The notes under the pieces: generated by a model
Told to the model about the DNA's origin: nothing
The model's input: only the letters and a program-made list of their open reading frames with translations
Database searches by the model: none
Shown here: piece after piece, positions 21,850 to 32,000 of the stretch
Layout: each line of letters begins with the position of its first letter
Numbering within the stretch: the first letter of the stretch is position 1
Program-made: the position numbers and the translations under genes
Source: Vibrio alginolyticus NBRC 15630 = ATCC 17749
Lineage (GTDB): Bacteria; Pseudomonadota; Gammaproteobacteria; Enterobacterales; Vibrionaceae
Assembly (NCBI RefSeq): GCF_000354175.2
Contig: NC_022349.1
Coordinates: 2,340,001 to 2,372,000, forward strand
Direction of reading: 5' to 3'
Length of the DNA: 32,000 bases

Positions 21850-23472
21850 TTACTTGCTGTGTAAGCCTTTTTTCTCTAATCCTTTGTAGATCAGAGTTTG
21901 CTGGATAAGCGTTACGATGTTCGACACCAACCAGTACAGAACGAGACCTGATGGGAAGAACAAGAAGAAGAAGGTAAACATAACCGGCATAAAGGTCATG
22001 ATCTTCTGCTGCATTGGATCCGTTACTGTTGTCGGGCTCATCTTCTGGATTAGGAACATTGACGCACCCATCAGTAGAGGCAGGATGTAGTAAGGGTCCT
22101 GCGCTGAAAGGTCATGAATCCAACCGAAGAATGGAGAGTGACGTAGCTCAACCGATTCCATTAGTGCCCAGTATAGTGCGATGAAAATAGGCATCTGTAG
22201 GATAAGAGGTAAACAGCCACCTAGTGGGTTCACTTTCTCTTTCTTGTACAGTTCCATCATTTCTTGGCTCATGCGCTGACGGTCATCACCGATACGCTCA
22301 CGCATTGCTTGCAGCTTAGGCTGAAGCATACGCATTTTCGCCATAGACGTGTATTGCGCTTTTGTTAGTGGGTACATTGCACCACGAACGATGAAGGTCA
22401 GGCAGATGATTGCCACACCCCAGTTACCAACAAAGCTCTGGATGAATGAAAGCAACATATGAAGAGGCTTCGCAATGAACCATAACCAGCCGTAGTCCAC
22501 TACTAGGTCTAGGTTAGGTGCCACTTCTGCCATTTCATCTTGCAGTTTTGGACCAACCCAAAGTGTTGCTTCAAACTTAGCCTGATCGCCTGTTGCGATA
22601 GTTTTGTTCGGCATACGAACGCCGATGTCGCCTAGGTTGCCAATTACACGAGTGTATAGGTTAGTACCTGGTTCGTTACGTGGGATCCAAGCTGCGGCAA
22701 AGTAGTGCTGAATCATTGCTGCCCAACCTTGGCCATCGGCTAGGTTAAGAGACAGGTTGCGATCCTGCATATCATCAAAGCTGTACTTCTTGTAACGCGT
22801 ATCTTCTGTTGAGTATGCGCCACCACGGTAAGTAGGCATTGTGATGCTACCACCATCGTCCATTAGGTTTTGACGTAGGTGAGCGTACATACCAAATGTT
22901 GCGTTGTTGCCTGAGTTGTTCACTACATCGTATTCAACATTAAGCGCGTAGCTGCCGCGTTTAAAGATGTAAGTTTTGGTGTATTCGATGCCGTTTGCAG
23001 TGAATGTCATCGGAACGCGAAGTTCATCTTGACCGTCAGCCATTGTGAAGCTGTCTGCACTTACGTTGTAGTGAGGGCGATTTGTGCTGCTCAAGTCGAT
23101 ACCTTGAGGACCCACTAGACCGCTTTGAGCGATAAATTGGTGACCTTGAGCGTCTTTAAGCAGAACAAAGGAATCTGATGAATCTAACTCAGCAGAGTAT
23201 TCGTTAAGGTTGGCATGTACCACATCGCCACCAACGGTGTCGATCGACAGAGTTAAAACATCAGTCGTTACTGTGATAGTTTTTGCAGAAGCTTGCTGTT
23301 GACCAGGAACTGGGTCAAGTTCATCAGCAAAAGATGGTGCAGGTAGAGTGCTGCTTGATTGAGCCTGTTCAACTGCTTGAGGTTCTGGATTCTTTGCAAC
23401 TTGCCATTGTTGAAACAGCAAAAAAGAAACCAGGGCCAAACCGATGAGCAGGATATTACGTTGAGAATCCAT
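21850..23472 (-). CDS. yidC: membrane protein insertase YidC
   Basis: 540 aa. N-terminal anchor, large periplasmic domain, and the conserved C-terminal 5-TM core ([22 protein letters not shown]). Confidence 0.98.
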   Translation of the reverse strand: MDSQRNILLIGLALVSFLLFQQWQVAKNPEPQAVEQAQSSSTLPAPSFADELDPVPGQQQASAKTITVTTDVLTLSIDTVGGDVVHANLNEYSAELDSSDSFVLLKDAQGHQFIAQSGLVGPQGIDLSSTNRPHYNVSADSFTMADGQDELRVPMTFTANGIEYTKTYIFKRGSYALNVEYDVVNNSGNNATFGMYAHLRQNLMDDGGSITMPTYRGGAYSTEDTRYKKYSFDDMQDRNLSLNLADGQGWAAMIQHYFAAAWIPRNEPGTNLYTRVIGNLGDIGVRMPNKTIATGDQAKFEATLWVGPKLQDEMAEVAPNLDLVVDYGWLWFIAKPLHMLLSFIQSFVGNWGVAIICLTFIVRGAMYPLTKAQYTSMAKMRMLQPKLQAMRERIGDDRQRMSQEMMELYKKEKVNPLGGCLPLILQMPIFIALYWALMESVELRHSPFFGWIHDLSAQDPYYILPLLMGASMFLIQKMSPTTVTDPMQQKIMTFMPVMFTFFFLFFPSGLVLYWLVSNIVTLIQQTLIYKGLEKKGLHSK

Positions 23473-23474
23473 CG

Positions 23475-23732
23475 TTAGTTATCTCTGTCTTGTTTTTGGA
23501 CTGGTGGAACGGGGTCATACCCCCCTTCATTCAAAGGGTGGCATTTTAATAGACGTTTGCCTGATAACCAACATCCTTTTACAAAACCGTGAGCTCTCAA
23601 AGCTTCTAGCGCGTAAGTGGAACAGGTTGGTGTGAACCGGCAACGAGGACCAATCAAAGGGCTGATAAACCAGCGATACAGATAAACGAGCCCAATGGCT
23701 ATCCACGTGAAGGGCGAGACAGGCGTTGCCAT
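23475..23732 (-). CDS. yidD: membrane protein insertion efficiency factor YidD
   Basis: 85 aa. Conserved [27 protein letters not shown] motif. Overlaps the rnpA 3' end by 34 nt. Confidence 0.93.
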   Translation of the reverse strand: MATPVSPFTWIAIGLVYLYRWFISPLIGPRCRFTPTCSTYALEALRAHGFVKGCWLSGKRLLKCHPLNEGGYDPVPPVQKQDRDN

Positions 23733-24055
23733 AGCTTATCAAACAACTTAAAAATTTCCTCATTGCTTAAATCTTGCGCGCTTTTCTTCGCAATCACAAC
23801 AAAATCTTTGTTTGGAAGCTGATGTTGATTGTTACGAAAGCTTTCACGAGCCAAACGCTTAAATCGGTTACGACCGACAGCCGTTTTGATTTGCTTTTTG
23901 GGAACCGCTAAACCTAATCGTGGGTGAGAAAGTTTGTTATTGCGAGCAATGATGGTGAAATGAGGCGAGCCAGCTCGATGAGCTTGCTGGAAGACGTTTT
24001 GATAATGCTCGGGAGTTAACAAACGTAACTCCCGATTAAACGCGTACGTGTTCAA
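23699..24055 (-). CDS. rnpA: ribonuclease P protein component
   Basis: 118 aa, basic, with the RNR-type motif [13 protein letters not shown]. Apparent TTG start 12 nt after the rpmH stop. Confidence 0.93.
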   Translation of the reverse strand: MNTYAFNRELRLLTPEHYQNVFQQAHRAGSPHFTIIARNNKLSHPRLGLAVPKKQIKTAVGRNRFKRLARESFRNNQHQLPNKDFVVIAKKSAQDLSNEEIFKLFDKLWQRLSRPSRG

Positions 24056-24067
24056 AATAAACTAGCG

Positions 24068-24202
24068 ATTATTTTGATAGGCGCGCACGGCCTTTTGCAC
24101 GACGTGCGTTGATAACTTTACGACCGTTCTTAGTTGCCATGCGAGCACGGAAGCCGTGAGTACGCTTGCGCTTTAGAACTGTAGGTTGAAAAGTGCGTTT
24201 CA
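24068..24202 (-). CDS. rpmH: 50S ribosomal protein L34 (not in the supplied ORF track; below its apparent size cutoff, shortest listed ORF is 60 aa)
   Basis: Hand translation of the minus strand gives [44 protein letters not shown] (44 aa). ATG at 24202-24200, TAA at 24070-24068, AAGGT Shine-Dalgarno upstream. Confidence 0.97.
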
Positions 24203-24307
24203 TGATAATTACCTTTACTGATCAGTAGTTTTAGGTTCTTGTTAAACCCGGCGTGGGTATTTGCTTTCTTATATAAAGAAGCTCTTTATATAGAGAAGGA
24301 CAACCGA

Positions 24308-24327
24308 CGCCTCTCAACAAAGAGGCG
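24308..24327 (-). terminator. candidate terminator hairpin downstream of the ABC ATPase gene
   Basis: CGCCTCT (24308-24314), 6-nt loop, AGAGGCG (24321-24327). The U-tract on the minus strand is poor (UCGGUUGUCCUUCUCU). Confidence 0.35.
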
Positions 24328-24445
24328 GAATTGTAATCACACTCACATAATGTGTCAATGACTCAATGAGTACGAAATTCCGGCCGGGCGATTATACGTA
24401 GTGTGAGTAAAATCTCAAGGATCAATCGATCCTGATGCTTGATCG

Positions 24446-25183
24446 TTACTCTATTCCTACTTGGTTAAGGAATTTTTTCAAACGAGGATCTTGTGGATTA
24501 TCGAAGATATCCTGTGGAGAACCTTGCTCAACGATATTGCCTTCCGCCATGAAGATCACTCTATCAGCGACTTCTTTCGCGAATTGCATCTCGTGCGTCA
24601 CCACCAGCATGGTTTGATGCTGATTAGCTAACTTCTTCATTAATGAGAGAACTTCACCGACCCATTCAGGATCCAGCGCAGAAGTTGGTTCGTCAAACAA
24701 CAGCAGTTCTGGTTGCAGCGCCATCGCTCGGCCGATACCCACACGTTGTTGTTGGCCGCCAGACAATGCCGCTGGATAACTATCGCCTTTATCCCCAAGA
24801 CCGATGTCATCCAGAATTTGTTGCGCTCGTTTGAGAGCATCGGCTTTTTTCCAGCCTCGAACGGTCACTAGACCTTCGGCAATGTTCTGGCGGGCATTCA
24901 TGTGGGCAAACAGGGCATAGTTTTGGAACACAAAGCCAGTTCGACGACGCAGCGCTAATACTTCGGCTTTAGTGTGTTTTTGAGTATCAACGGAGATGTC
25001 ATCTATCGTGATACGACCTTCATCAGCCTGCTCTAGAAAGTTCACCGTACGCAGCAAGGTTGATTTACCCGTTCCACTTGAGCCGATAATCACGATGATC
25101 TCACCTTGCTTAATATCGAGGTCGATGCCTTTCAGCACTTCAGTCTCACCAAAACGTTTGTGAATATTTTCTAGCTTAATCAT
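24446..25183 (-). CDS. polar amino-acid (cystine-type, YecC/TcyN-like) ABC transporter ATP-binding protein
   Basis: 245 aa. Walker [10 protein letters not shown], signature LSGGQQQRV, Walker [17 protein letters not shown] start/stop overlap with the upstream permease gene. Confidence 0.93.
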   Translation of the reverse strand: MIKLENIHKRFGETEVLKGIDLDIKQGEIIVIIGSSGTGKSTLLRTVNFLEQADEGRITIDDISVDTQKHTKAEVLALRRRTGFVFQNYALFAHMNARQNIAEGLVTVRGWKKADALKRAQQILDDIGLGDKGDSYPAALSGGQQQRVGIGRAMALQPELLLFDEPTSALDPEWVGEVLSLMKKLANQHQTMLVVTHEMQFAKEVADRVIFMAEGNIVEQGSPQDIFDNPQDPRLKKFLNQVGIE

Positions 25184-25851
25184 CGTACGTACGCCTTATT
25201 CAGTTTTGCTTCTGCCCAGATTTGTACGCGAGTCAGAATTACCACCACGCCCCAGTAAATAAGAGCAACCGCAAGGAAAGCTTCAAAGAAACGGAAACTT
25301 GATGAGGCTTCCATCTGTGCTTTCGCCATGATTTCGGCCACACCAAGCGTGAAAGCGAGAGACGTTGACTTGATCATATCGATGAAATAGTTCATCAATG
25401 AAGGCAGTGCGACACGCGTTGCTTGAGGTAAAATCACTCGGCGCATTGCTTGGGATGTCGTCATACCGACCGATAAGCTCGCTTCCATTTGGCTGCGATC
25501 AATGCCAATAATGGCGGCACGAATACTTTCCGCCATATAAGCGGCAAAGTGCAGCGTTAAACCGATTACCGCTGCTGAAAAGGCGTCGATACCGACCATC
25601 AATGGAAAAATTTGCGGTAAGCCGTAGTAAAGCAGGAAAAGCTGAACCAACAGTGGGGTGCCACGGAAGAAGCTGATGTACAGTTGGCTTAATTGATCCA
25701 GAACTGGCAGTTTAAATACGCGAATATTGGCTAAAATGACGGATAAAATCAGCGAAAACACCAATCCCCATGTCGCCATTTCCATGGTTGTGCCAAGATA
25801 TTTCAGCAATATCGGCAGCAGTTCCAACATGTAATTAAAGTCAAATCCCAT
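25180..25851 (-). CDS. polar amino-acid (cystine-type, YecS/TcyL-like) ABC transporter permease
   Basis: 223 aa, 5-TM HisM/GlnP type. EAA region [32 protein letters not shown]. Confidence 0.92.
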   Translation of the reverse strand: MGFDFNYMLELLPILLKYLGTTMEMATWGLVFSLILSVILANIRVFKLPVLDQLSQLYISFFRGTPLLVQLFLLYYGLPQIFPLMVGIDAFSAAVIGLTLHFAAYMAESIRAAIIGIDRSQMEASLSVGMTTSQAMRRVILPQATRVALPSLMNYFIDMIKSTSLAFTLGVAEIMAKAQMEASSSFRFFEAFLAVALIYWGVVVILTRVQIWAEAKLNKAYVR

Positions 25852-25868
25852 ACGGCTTACCTAAAGGC

Positions 25869-25905
25869 TAGAGAAAAGAAAAGGTGGAAAACAAGTTCCA
25901 CCTTT
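25869..25905 (-). terminator. intra-operon hairpin (partial terminator/attenuator) between the binding-protein and permease genes
   Basis: Minus-strand RNA: AAAGGUGGAA, 6-nt loop, UUCCACCUUU (10-bp perfect stem, 25880-25905), then UCUUUUCUCU. Confidence 0.65.
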
Positions 25906-25965
25906 ACGTAAGTTTATTTTAGTCCGAGAGTGATACCACTTTGCGGCCTAAAGTACAAAGAGTTC

Positions 25966-26712
25966 TTATTTCGTGATGTCAGCGCCAAACCACTTCACGG
26001 AAATTTTCTCTACTGTACCATCTGCGCGCATCTCAGCCAGTGCTTTGTTTACTTCTTCTTGCAGCTTACGACCTTTCTCGTTGTCAACGAAAGGCCATGC
26101 GTTTTGAATGGTCTCAAACGGTTCGCCTGCCAATTCCAGAGGAAGGCCAGTTTTCTTAATCAGCTCTAACGCAGAAAGACGATCCATTACAAATGCATCT
26201 GCTCGACCGAGCGCCACGTCATGTTCGATACCTGTGTCGTACGTTTTAATGTTGATCTTGCCGTCTTTGTCGTATTGACGCAGCAGTTGTTCAAAGTTAG
26301 AGCCTAGGTTCACCGCAACGGTTTTGCCCGCAAGATCGTCAACACCTTTGATGCTGTCGTTGCCTTTACGCACGGTAATTTGTGCGCCATCTACAACGTA
26401 AGGGTCAGCAAATAGGTATTTAGCTTTACGCTCGTCAGTCATGGTGATTTGGTTGGAGATCGTATCGATACGACCAGTTTCTAAAAGACCAAATAAACCA
26501 GAGAAGTTGGCTGTTACGTATTCGATTTTGTAATCGTTACGTTTACCGATTTCATCCCACATGTCGACTTCAAAGCCTTGTAGCTTGTCTTGCTTTACAA
26601 AAGTAAACGGGAAGTAGCGACCTGACATACCAACTTTGACTTCAGTAGCGGCTTGTACGGTTGCTGCCGACAGTGCAATGGCTGCAACGGCAACCTTAAT
26701 CCAGTTTTTCAT
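25966..26712 (-). CDS. periplasmic cystine/polar amino-acid-binding protein (FliY/TcyJ-like)
   Basis: 248 aa. Signal peptide MKNWIKVAVAAIALSAATVQA. ISNQITMTDERKAKY and the C-terminus KWFGADITK closely resemble my memory of E. coli FliY (INQVTISDERKKKY, KWFGADVTK). Confidence 0.9.
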   Translation of the reverse strand: MKNWIKVAVAAIALSAATVQAATEVKVGMSGRYFPFTFVKQDKLQGFEVDMWDEIGKRNDYKIEYVTANFSGLFGLLETGRIDTISNQITMTDERKAKYLFADPYVVDGAQITVRKGNDSIKGVDDLAGKTVAVNLGSNFEQLLRQYDKDGKINIKTYDTGIEHDVALGRADAFVMDRLSALELIKKTGLPLELAGEPFETIQNAWPFVDNEKGRKLQEEVNKALAEMRADGTVEKISVKWFGADITK

Positions 26713-27009
26713 AATACATCTCCATAATTTTATGGTTGGAAATACTACTGTTAGTTAGCTCAATTAAATAAATAACCAAGAGCAATAACCTAGACCTGTG
26801 AGTTATTAGATAATAGAAGAAGAATGTTAAATGTGACGAAAATGCGAACTGAACCTAGCGAAATGATCGACAAAATCAGCATTGGGAATAAAATAATACA
26901 CAGACTTATCACCAATCGCTCGATCTTGTTAATTTTGCCCAATTGTGGATCGTTGTGTGGGCAAATTTGGGGCAAGGTGTGTTGATCTCATCAAGTTTGC
27001 AGAAATAAT

Positions 27010-27035
27010 TGTGAATAACTTGGATCTTATTCACT
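27010..27035. promoter_or_regulatory. inverted pair of DnaA boxes in the dnaA control region
   Basis: TGTGAATAA (27010-27018; reverse complement TTATTCACA is a perfect TTATNCACA). Then 8 nt containing a GATC. Then TTATTCACT (27027-27035, 8/9). Confidence 0.7.
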
Positions 27036-27065
27036 GGATCGTCGATCAATCGCTGGCGATCTTGG

Positions 27066-27074
27066 TTATCAACA
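27066..27074 (+). promoter_or_regulatory. DnaA-box-like site TTATCAACA (8/9), 51 nt upstream of the dnaA start
   Basis: One mismatch to TTATCCACA. Adjacent GATC at 27058-27061. Confidence 0.45.
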
Positions 27075-27124
27075 GGTAAAATTGCCAGTCTTTTCCGATA
27101 ATTCAATTACTCAGTGGGGGCACC

Positions 27125-28531
27125 GTGTCATCTTCGCTTTGGCTGCAATGTTTGCAGCAGCTTCAAGAAGAGCTACCAGCTACAGAATTCAGCATGTGGG
27201 TTCGTCCGCTACAAGCGGAGCTCAATGACAATACTCTCACTCTATTCGCGCCAAACCGCTTTGTGTTGGACTGGGTGCGTGATAAGTATCTGAACAATAT
27301 TACTCGCTTACTGCAGGAATACTGCGGTGGCGATATTCCTAACTTACGCTTTGAAGTGGGGAGCCGACCTGTCTCTGCTCCAAAACCAGCGCCGACACGT
27401 ACGCCTGCAGATGTGGCTGCCGAGTCATCTGCACCTGCGCAATTACAGGCGCGTAAGCCAGTACACAAAACCTGGGATGACGACGCTCAAGCTATTGCGG
27501 CTATCAATCACCGCTCAAACATGAACCCAAAACACAAGTTCGACAACTTTGTTGAAGGTAAGTCGAACCAACTGGGTTTGGCTGCGGCGCGTCAGGTATC
27601 GGATAATCCTGGAGCTGCTTACAACCCGCTGTTCCTATACGGCGGCACGGGCTTGGGTAAAACGCACTTGTTGCATGCGGTGGGCAACGCGATTGTGGAT
27701 AACAACCCGAACGCAAAAGTGGTCTACATGCACTCAGAACGTTTTGTGCAAGACATGGTAAAAGCGCTGCAAAACAATGCGATTGAAGAATTCAAACGCT
27801 ACTACCGCAGTGTGGATGCACTCCTTATCGATGACATCCAATTCTTTGCTAATAAAGAACGTTCGCAAGAAGAATTCTTCCATACCTTCAACGCACTATT
27901 GGAAGGTAATCAGCAGATCATTCTAACGTCTGACCGTTATCCTAAAGAAATTAATGGCGTTGAAGATCGTCTTAAATCTCGCTTTGGTTGGGGTCTTACT
28001 GTTGCGATCGAGCCGCCTGAGCTTGAAACGCGTGTGGCGATCTTGATGAAAAAAGCTGAAGATCACCAAATCCACCTTGCTGATGAAGTGGCATTCTTCA
28101 TTGCCAAGCGTCTGCGTTCGAACGTTCGTGAGCTAGAAGGTGCATTGAACCGTGTTATCGCGAACGCGAACTTTACTGGTCGTCCAATCACGATTGATTT
28201 TGTGCGTGAAGCGCTGCGCGATCTGCTTGCTCTACAAGAGAAGCTGGTGACGATCGATAACATTCAAAAGACCGTGGCGGAATACTACAAGATTAAAGTG
28301 GCGGACTTGCTGTCTAAGCGTCGTTCTCGTTCTGTAGCGCGTCCTCGTCAGCTGGCTATGGCGTTAGCAAAAGAACTAACCAACCATAGCTTGCCTGAAA
28401 TTGGCGATGCGTTTGGGGGCCGCGATCATACGACCGTACTTCATGCTTGTCGCAAGATTGAGCAGCTGCGTGAAGAGAGCCACGACATTAAAGAAGATTA
28501 CTCTAACTTGATTCGCACCCTGTCTTCGTAA
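27125..28531 (+). CDS. dnaA: chromosomal replication initiator protein DnaA
   Basis: 468 aa. GTG start (as in E. coli) after a G-rich Shine-Dalgarno. AAA+ Walker [12 protein letters not shown] and the C-terminal DnaA signature in the DNA-binding domain ([16 protein letters not shown]). Confidence 0.99.
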   Translation: MSSSLWLQCLQQLQEELPATEFSMWVRPLQAELNDNTLTLFAPNRFVLDWVRDKYLNNITRLLQEYCGGDIPNLRFEVGSRPVSAPKPAPTRTPADVAAESSAPAQLQARKPVHKTWDDDAQAIAAINHRSNMNPKHKFDNFVEGKSNQLGLAAARQVSDNPGAAYNPLFLYGGTGLGKTHLLHAVGNAIVDNNPNAKVVYMHSERFVQDMVKALQNNAIEEFKRYYRSVDALLIDDIQFFANKERSQEEFFHTFNALLEGNQQIILTSDRYPKEINGVEDRLKSRFGWGLTVAIEPPELETRVAILMKKAEDHQIHLADEVAFFIAKRLRSNVRELEGALNRVIANANFTGRPITIDFVREALRDLLALQEKLVTIDNIQKTVAEYYKIKVADLLSKRRSRSVARPRQLAMALAKELTNHSLPEIGDAFGGRDHTTVLHACRKIEQLREESHDIKEDYSNLIRTLSS

Positions 28532-28594
28532 TCGGTTAGAATAACGGTATTCTAAGCAAATCATTTATTGAGCTGACAGCGTAAAGAGCCAAGC

Positions 28595-29695
28595 ATGAAA
28601 TTTACCATTGAACGTAGTCATTTAATCAAACCGCTACAGCAGGTTTCGGGCGCTTTAGGTGGCCGACCAACTCTGCCAATCCTGGGTAACCTACTTCTTA
28701 AAGTAGAAGAGAACGTATTGTCGATGACGGCAACCGATCTTGAAGTAGAGTTAGTAAGCAAAGTGATGCTAGAAGGTGATTTTGAAGCGGGCAGCATTAC
28801 CGTTCCTTCGCGTAAGTTTCTCGATATCTGCCGTGGTTTACCGGACGATGCGATCATCACATTTGTATTAGAAGGTGATCGCGTACAAGTTCGCTCTGGT
28901 CGCAGCCGTTTCTCGTTGGCAACGCTTCCTGCGAACGATTTCCCTAATATTGAAGACTGGCAAAGCGAAGTGGAAGTATCACTGAGCCAAGCTGATTTAC
29001 GTACGCTGATCGACAAAACTCAGTTCTCGATGGCGAATCAAGACGTTCGTTACTACCTCAACGGCATGTTGTTTGAAATTGACGGCACCACGCTACGCAG
29101 CGTGGCGACAGACGGCCACCGTATGGCGGTATCGCAAACTCAGCTAGGTGCGGACTTTGCGCAGAAGCAAATCATCGTGCCACGCAAAGGTGTGCAAGAA
29201 TTAGTAAAGTTGATGGATGCGCCAGAGCAGCCCGTAGTACTTCAGATCGGTAGCTCCAATGTTCGTGCTGAGGTGAATAACTTTACTTTTACCTCTAAGT
29301 TGGTTGATGGTCGTTTCCCTGACTACCGCCGTGTATTGCCTCAGAGCACCAATAAGACACTAATAGCAAGTTGTGACGAGTTGCGCCAAGCCTTCTCTCG
29401 TGCTGCGATTCTTTCCAACGAAAAATTCCGTGGCGTGCGAGTGAATCTGGCTGATACTGAAATGCGCATAACCGCGAATAACCCAGAACAAGAAGAAGCG
29501 GAAGAGATGCTTGATGTAACCTTTGAAGGTGACGCCATCGAAATCGGCTTTAACGTAAGCTATGTGCTTGATGTTCTGAACACGTTGCGTTGTGAAAATG
29601 TACGTGTGTCGATGTCGGATGCTAACGCTAGCGCGTTGATTGAAAATGCCGACGATGACAGTGCCATGTACGTGGTGATGCCAATTCGTCTATAA
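28595..29695 (+). CDS. dnaN: DNA polymerase III beta sliding clamp
   Basis: 366 aa. MKFTIERSHLIKPLQQVSG and the C-terminal MPIRL are canonical. Confidence 0.99.
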   Translation: MKFTIERSHLIKPLQQVSGALGGRPTLPILGNLLLKVEENVLSMTATDLEVELVSKVMLEGDFEAGSITVPSRKFLDICRGLPDDAIITFVLEGDRVQVRSGRSRFSLATLPANDFPNIEDWQSEVEVSLSQADLRTLIDKTQFSMANQDVRYYLNGMLFEIDGTTLRSVATDGHRMAVSQTQLGADFAQKQIIVPRKGVQELVKLMDAPEQPVVLQIGSSNVRAEVNNFTFTSKLVDGRFPDYRRVLPQSTNKTLIASCDELRQAFSRAAILSNEKFRGVRVNLADTEMRITANNPEQEEAEEMLDVTFEGDAIEIGFNVSYVLDVLNTLRCENVRVSMSDANASALIENADDDSAMYVVMPIRL

Positions 29696-29704
29696 GCCAA
29701 CTGA

Positions 29705-32000
<2,296 letters not shown>

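Noticed and set aside
23700-23718. CACGTG core (ATCCACGTGAAGG) considered as a possible parS.
   Set aside because: Only the central 8 to 9 positions match TGTTNCACGTGAAACA and both flanks disagree. It lies in the rnpA/yidD overlap coding sequence.
23527-23763. 78-aa minus-strand ORF overlapping yidD and the rnpA 3' end in another frame.
   Set aside because: The conserved YidD motif ([17 protein letters not shown]) is in the 23475..23732 frame. This ORF is an out-of-frame shadow.
25930-26169. 79-aa plus-strand ORF overlapping the 3' end of the cystine-binding protein gene.
   Set aside because: It is antisense to a well-supported gene and has no ribosome-binding site.
26790-26975. 61-aa hydrophobic ORF (possible small membrane protein) in the dnaA upstream region, with the overlapping 65-aa ORF 26909..27106.
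   Set aside because: Both begin at TTG codons (read from the sequence) with no Shine-Dalgarno. The hydrophobicity is what AT-rich DNA yields on translation (Ile/Leu/Phe). The region is better explained by DnaA boxes and GATC control elements.

Overview
This window is the replication-origin region of a Vibrio-type (Vibrionaceae) chromosome 1. It is about 93% coding and made almost entirely of conserved housekeeping genes. Gene order, left to right: ilvD (5'-truncated) and ilvA; a divergent LysR regulator / Bcr-CflA-type MFS transporter pair; a divergent family-3 solute-binding protein / ABC permease pair with no ATPase; glmU; the full atpIBEFHAGDC operon (minus strand); parB and parA; rsmG (gidB); mnmG (gidA); oriC; mioC; mnmE; yidC; yidD; rnpA; rpmH; a three-gene cystine-type amino-acid ABC transporter; the dnaA control region; dnaA; dnaN; recF; gyrB (3'-truncated). 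oriC has three GATCT-initiated 13-mers, 14 GATC sites in 222 bp and consensus DnaA boxes. From memory, this layout matches V. cholerae N16961 VC2762-VC2775 plus VC0002-VC0015. That comparison is recollection, not a database search. I found no CRISPR array, transposase or integrase, phage remnant, tRNA or rRNA, defence-island signature, or unexplained long ORF. I therefore do not claim a novel system here. The items most worth a second look are modest. (1) The orphan PheC-like periplasmic protein is paired with a permease whose N-terminal extension carries a lipoprotein-type signal and lipobox. (2) The atp operon and yidC end in near-identical terminators that pair fully only on the minus strand. 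(3) There is inverted-repeat, GATC and DnaA-box architecture upstream of rpmH and dnaA. (4) The ORF track misses rpmH and gyrB and over-extends atpA and atpE.
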